A stretch of DNA of 64,000 nt, taken from NCBI GenBank assembly GCA_965249175.1, contig OZ252227.1, positions 6,320,043 through 6,384,042 of the forward strand, written 5' to 3'. The notes below the pieces were generated by a model. It did no database searches. It had not been told where the DNA came from and worked only from the letters and a program-made list of their open reading frames with translations. Positions 61,605-64,000 of the stretch are shown here, one piece after another. A program made the translations under genes and the position numbers. This stretch comes from Vicinamibacterales bacterium (lineage in GTDB: Bacteria; Acidobacteriota; Vicinamibacteria; Vicinamibacterales; UBA8438). Each line of letters opens with the position of its first letter. Position 1 is the stretch's first letter.

Positions 61605-64000
61605 ATGATCCACAGGTTCACGGTCGAGACGGTCCCGTCGATTCAGGACGTGGGCGGCAAGGCGCGCTCGCTCATCGAGGCGACGCACGCGGGTTTCAAC
61701 GTACCGGACGGACTTGTGCTCGACGTCGAGTACTTCCAGCCATGGCTCGACAACGTCACGAAGAGCGACGCGTGGGCCGGATTCCTCGCCACGTCAGAAG
61801 CCGACATCAAGCGGCATTGCGACGCCGTCAAGGATGCGTGCGCGTCGCTCGCGTTCGACGCCCCCCAGATGCAGGCGCTGGAGGAGGCCATACGGGGGTG
61901 GCCCGAAGACGTCGTCGTCGCCGTGCGCTCATCGTCCCCCGAGGAAGATCTCGAGGGCAGCTCGTTTGCCGGTGGCTACGAAACGACGCTCGGTGTCACC
62001 CGCGAGACCCTGCGGGCGGCCATCCTCCATTCGTTCACGTCCGTCTTCGATGAGCGGATCGTCAAATACAAGATGCAGCACGGGATGGCGACGGACGATC
62101 CGCGCATCGCCGTCGTCGTGCAACGCCAGATCGCCTCGGACGTAAGTGGCGTCGCGTTCTCACTGAATCCGCAGAACAACTGCTTCGACGAAGCCGTGAT
62201 CAACGCGAACTTTGGTTTGGGCGAAACCGTCGTCGCGGGCGTGGTGACGCCCGACACGTACGTGGTCGACAAAGTCACGCTTGAGCTGATCGACAAGAAC
62301 ATCGCGACCAAATCGCACGGGCTCCACCTCGAGAACGGTGGTGGGACACGCGAACGCGCCAACGAGCGCCCGGACGCTCCGTGCCTGACCGACGCGCAGG
62401 CGATCAAAATCGCGCAATTGGCCGCGCGTGCGGAGGAGCACTCCGGCAAACCGATGGATATCGAGTGGGCGATCGAGGGCGGCACGCTCCATCTCTTGCA
62501 GTCGCGGCCGATCACGACCTACGTGCCGCTGCCCGACAGCATGGTCACCGCGCCGGGCGCGCAGAAGAACCTCTATCTCGACATCATCGTGCTCACGCAG
62601 GGTTTCACTGAGTCGCTGTCCGTCCTGGGCCTCGAGATCTGGGGCCAGATGCTGGAAACCATAAAAGGCGACCAGGGGATGGTCGATCGCGGTGACCAGG
62701 GCACCGTCCTGAATGTCGACGGCCGGCAATACTTCCATCTGTCCAACCTGTGCAGGGCCCTCGGCACCCGTGTCGGTTCGGGTCTGGTGAAAACGTACGA
62801 CACACCGACGCGCAAGATCTTCGAGTCCATTGACCTGAAAAGCGAGTACCTCCCGAAAGAGACGCCGGCGCCACTCAAGGGTCTGGGATGGCGAGCGATC
62901 AAGTCCGTCGGCAGCGTCCTGCCCGTTGCGTATCGCGGTTTCAGAAGCCCCGGGCAGGCCACGCAAGCCTACGAAGAACAGTTTGCAAGCGATGTCGCTG
63001 TCTGCAAGGCACTGGTTTCGCAGGACATGCCGATCGACGAGCTCGTCGAACGATTCCTTGCCGAGTTCCAGAAACAGATCGGCACCGTCACGGGAGTCCT
63101 GTTGCCCTCGCTTTTCTCGCGCTGGCGCATCGGCCGCATGTTCAAGAACGACGACGTGGACGATCTCGTCGTGGCCCTGGAAATGGATCTGCGGGGCAAT
63201 CCGACCTCGGAGATGGGTCACGCAATGTATCAGCTGGCCTCGTGTCCCGAGATCCAGGCGACGCCGACCGGCGACGAGTTCGAGCAGAAGGTGAACGGGA
63301 GCGCCTATTCGCACGAGTTGAAGTTGCAGCTCGACGCATACTTCGACCGGTTCGGATGCCGTGGCATCAAGGAGATCGATGTCGCCACACCGCGCGTCTA
63401 CGAGCACCTGCCGGCCTTCTTCGAGCAGCTCAAAGCCATCGACATCGAGACCGACACGATCAAGACCGCGCAGGGTCGGCGCGCCACCGCGTACGAGAAG
63501 CTTCGAGCGCTCGCGCAGAAGAAGGGCAAGGCGGAGAAGTTCGAGCGGCTCGCAAGGCAGCAAGTGAACGGCGGCTATCGTGAGGCCCCGAAGTACTTCT
63601 TCATCGTCGTCGTCGATCTCGTGCGCCGGCGCGCGCTCGAGCTCGGGAAGACATTCGTCGCGCAAGGCAGGCTCGCTCGCCCCGATCAGATCTTCGACCT
63701 CACGCTGGCGCAGATCACCGCCGGGCAACGCGACCCGAGTCTCGATCTCGCGGACCTGGCCGCGAACAACCTCGCACCGCGGGAGAAGTTCGCTCGGGTC
63801 AGAAACTGGCCGCGGTTCATCGACAGCCGCGGTAAGATTTTCCGCGCGACAGCCACTCAGACCGAAGACGAGAACGCGCTGGTGGGCGACCCCATCGCGC
63901 CGGGCGTCGTACGCGGCAAGGCGAAGGTCCTCGACGAGCCCTACGCAAAGCCGCTCGAGAAGGGTGAGATCCTCGTCACCCGCGCATCCGATCCCGGGTG
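61605..64000 (+). CDS. PEP/pyruvate-binding, PEP-utilising enzyme paralog (3' end outside the window)
   Basis: My own translation from ATG 61605 is open to the window end (no stop, hence absent from the ORF track). MIHRFTVETVPSIQDVGGKARSLIEATHAGFNVPDG..VAVRSSSPEEDLEGSSFAGGYET..VVVQRQIASDVSGVAFSLNP..MDIEWAIEGGTLHLLQSRPITT..GDPIAPGVVRGKAKVL..GEILVTRASDPG. Confidence 0.8.
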   Translation, partial: MIHRFTVETVPSIQDVGGKARSLIEATHAGFNVPDGLVLDVEYFQPWLDNVTKSDAWAGFLATSEADIKRHCDAVKDACASLAFDAPQMQALEEAIRGWPEDVVVAVRSSSPEEDLEGSSFAGGYETTLGVTRETLRAAILHSFTSVFDERIVKYKMQHGMATDDPRIAVVVQRQIASDVSGVAFSLNPQNNCFDEAVINANFGLGETVVAGVVTPDTYVVDKVTLELIDKNIATKSHGLHLENGGGTRERANERPDAPCLTDAQAIKIAQLAARAEEHSGKPMDIEWAIEGGTLHLLQSRPITTYVPLPDSMVTAPGAQKNLYLDIIVLTQGFTESLSVLGLEIWGQMLETIKGDQGMVDRGDQGTVLNVDGRQYFHLSNLCRALGTRVGSGLVKTYDTPTRKIFESIDLKSEYLPKETPAPLKGLGWRAIKSVGSVLPVAYRGFRSPGQATQAYEEQFASDVAVCKALVSQDMPIDELVERFLAEFQKQIGTVTGVLLPSLFSRWRIGRMFKNDDVDDLVVALEMDLRGNPTSEMGHAMYQLASCPEIQATPTGDEFEQKVNGSAYSHELKLQLDAYFDRFGCRGIKEIDVATPRVYEHLPAFFEQLKAIDIETDTIKTAQGRRATAYEKLRALAQKKGKAEKFERLARQQVNGGYREAPKYFFIVVVDLVRRRALELGKTFVAQGRLARPDQIFDLTLAQITAGQRDPSLDLADLAANNLAPREKFARVRNWPRFIDSRGKIFRATATQTEDENALVGDPIAPGVVRGKAKVLDEPYAKPLEKGEILVTRASDPG

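Noticed and set aside
62160-63728. 522-aa minus-strand ORF in the track
   Set aside because: It is antisense to the plus-strand PEP-utilising paralog (61605 onward), whose frame carries recognisable enzyme motifs and no stop. The minus-strand translation is Arg/Leu/Asp-rich with no recognisable domain, a typical high-GC shadow ORF.

Overview
High-GC (by eye) bacterial chromosomal segment. The gene content (DUF1592/DUF1552 pairs, PD40-amidohydrolases, PQQ propellers, many secreted redox proteins) resembles soil Acidobacteriota, Gemmatimonadota or Planctomycetota genomes, but the taxon cannot be fixed from sequence alone. 3-4288: PhoD-like phosphatase, PQQ-like propeller and metallophosphoesterase. 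4.3-14.7 kb: a decaying chromosomal integron. It has a triply frameshifted intI on the minus strand and a divergent plus-strand cassette array with five recognisable attC sites of one sequence family. Cassettes encode a GAF-like/HTH/Mrr-nuclease protein, a DUF433 TA remnant, a VOC protein, a zinc-ribbon/HEPN-like protein, an unknown membrane-anchored protein and a DUF4258 TA pair. The array is invaded by an ISL3 element and by an IS256 nested in an IS481-like remnant. 14.9-19.8 kb: an NAD(P)-binding gene, an IS5/IS1182-like element and an AT-richer patch (DUF6868-like, HAD, DUF3224), with a second, unrelated IS256 splitting DUF3224. 19.9-22.9 kb: histidine phosphatase and an ABC-2 exporter operon. 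23-28.5 kb and 47.2-53 kb: two paralogous copies of a three-gene module (heme-motif DUF1592-family protein, Tat-signal DUF1552 protein, secreted ankyrin protein). 33.5-43.25 kb: a 9.7-kb block bounded by a perfect 68-bp direct repeat that duplicates the 3' end of a PQQ dehydrogenase gene. This block carries a five-gene operon of secreted or membrane proteins of unknown function. Right end: multicopper oxidase, amidohydrolase, MDR dehydrogenase and two tandem PEP-utilising (PpsA/Rph-like) genes. The first of these is broken; the second runs off the window and is absent from the ORF track. No rRNA, tRNA or CRISPR array was seen. Many long ORFs in the track are antisense shadows typical of high-GC DNA.
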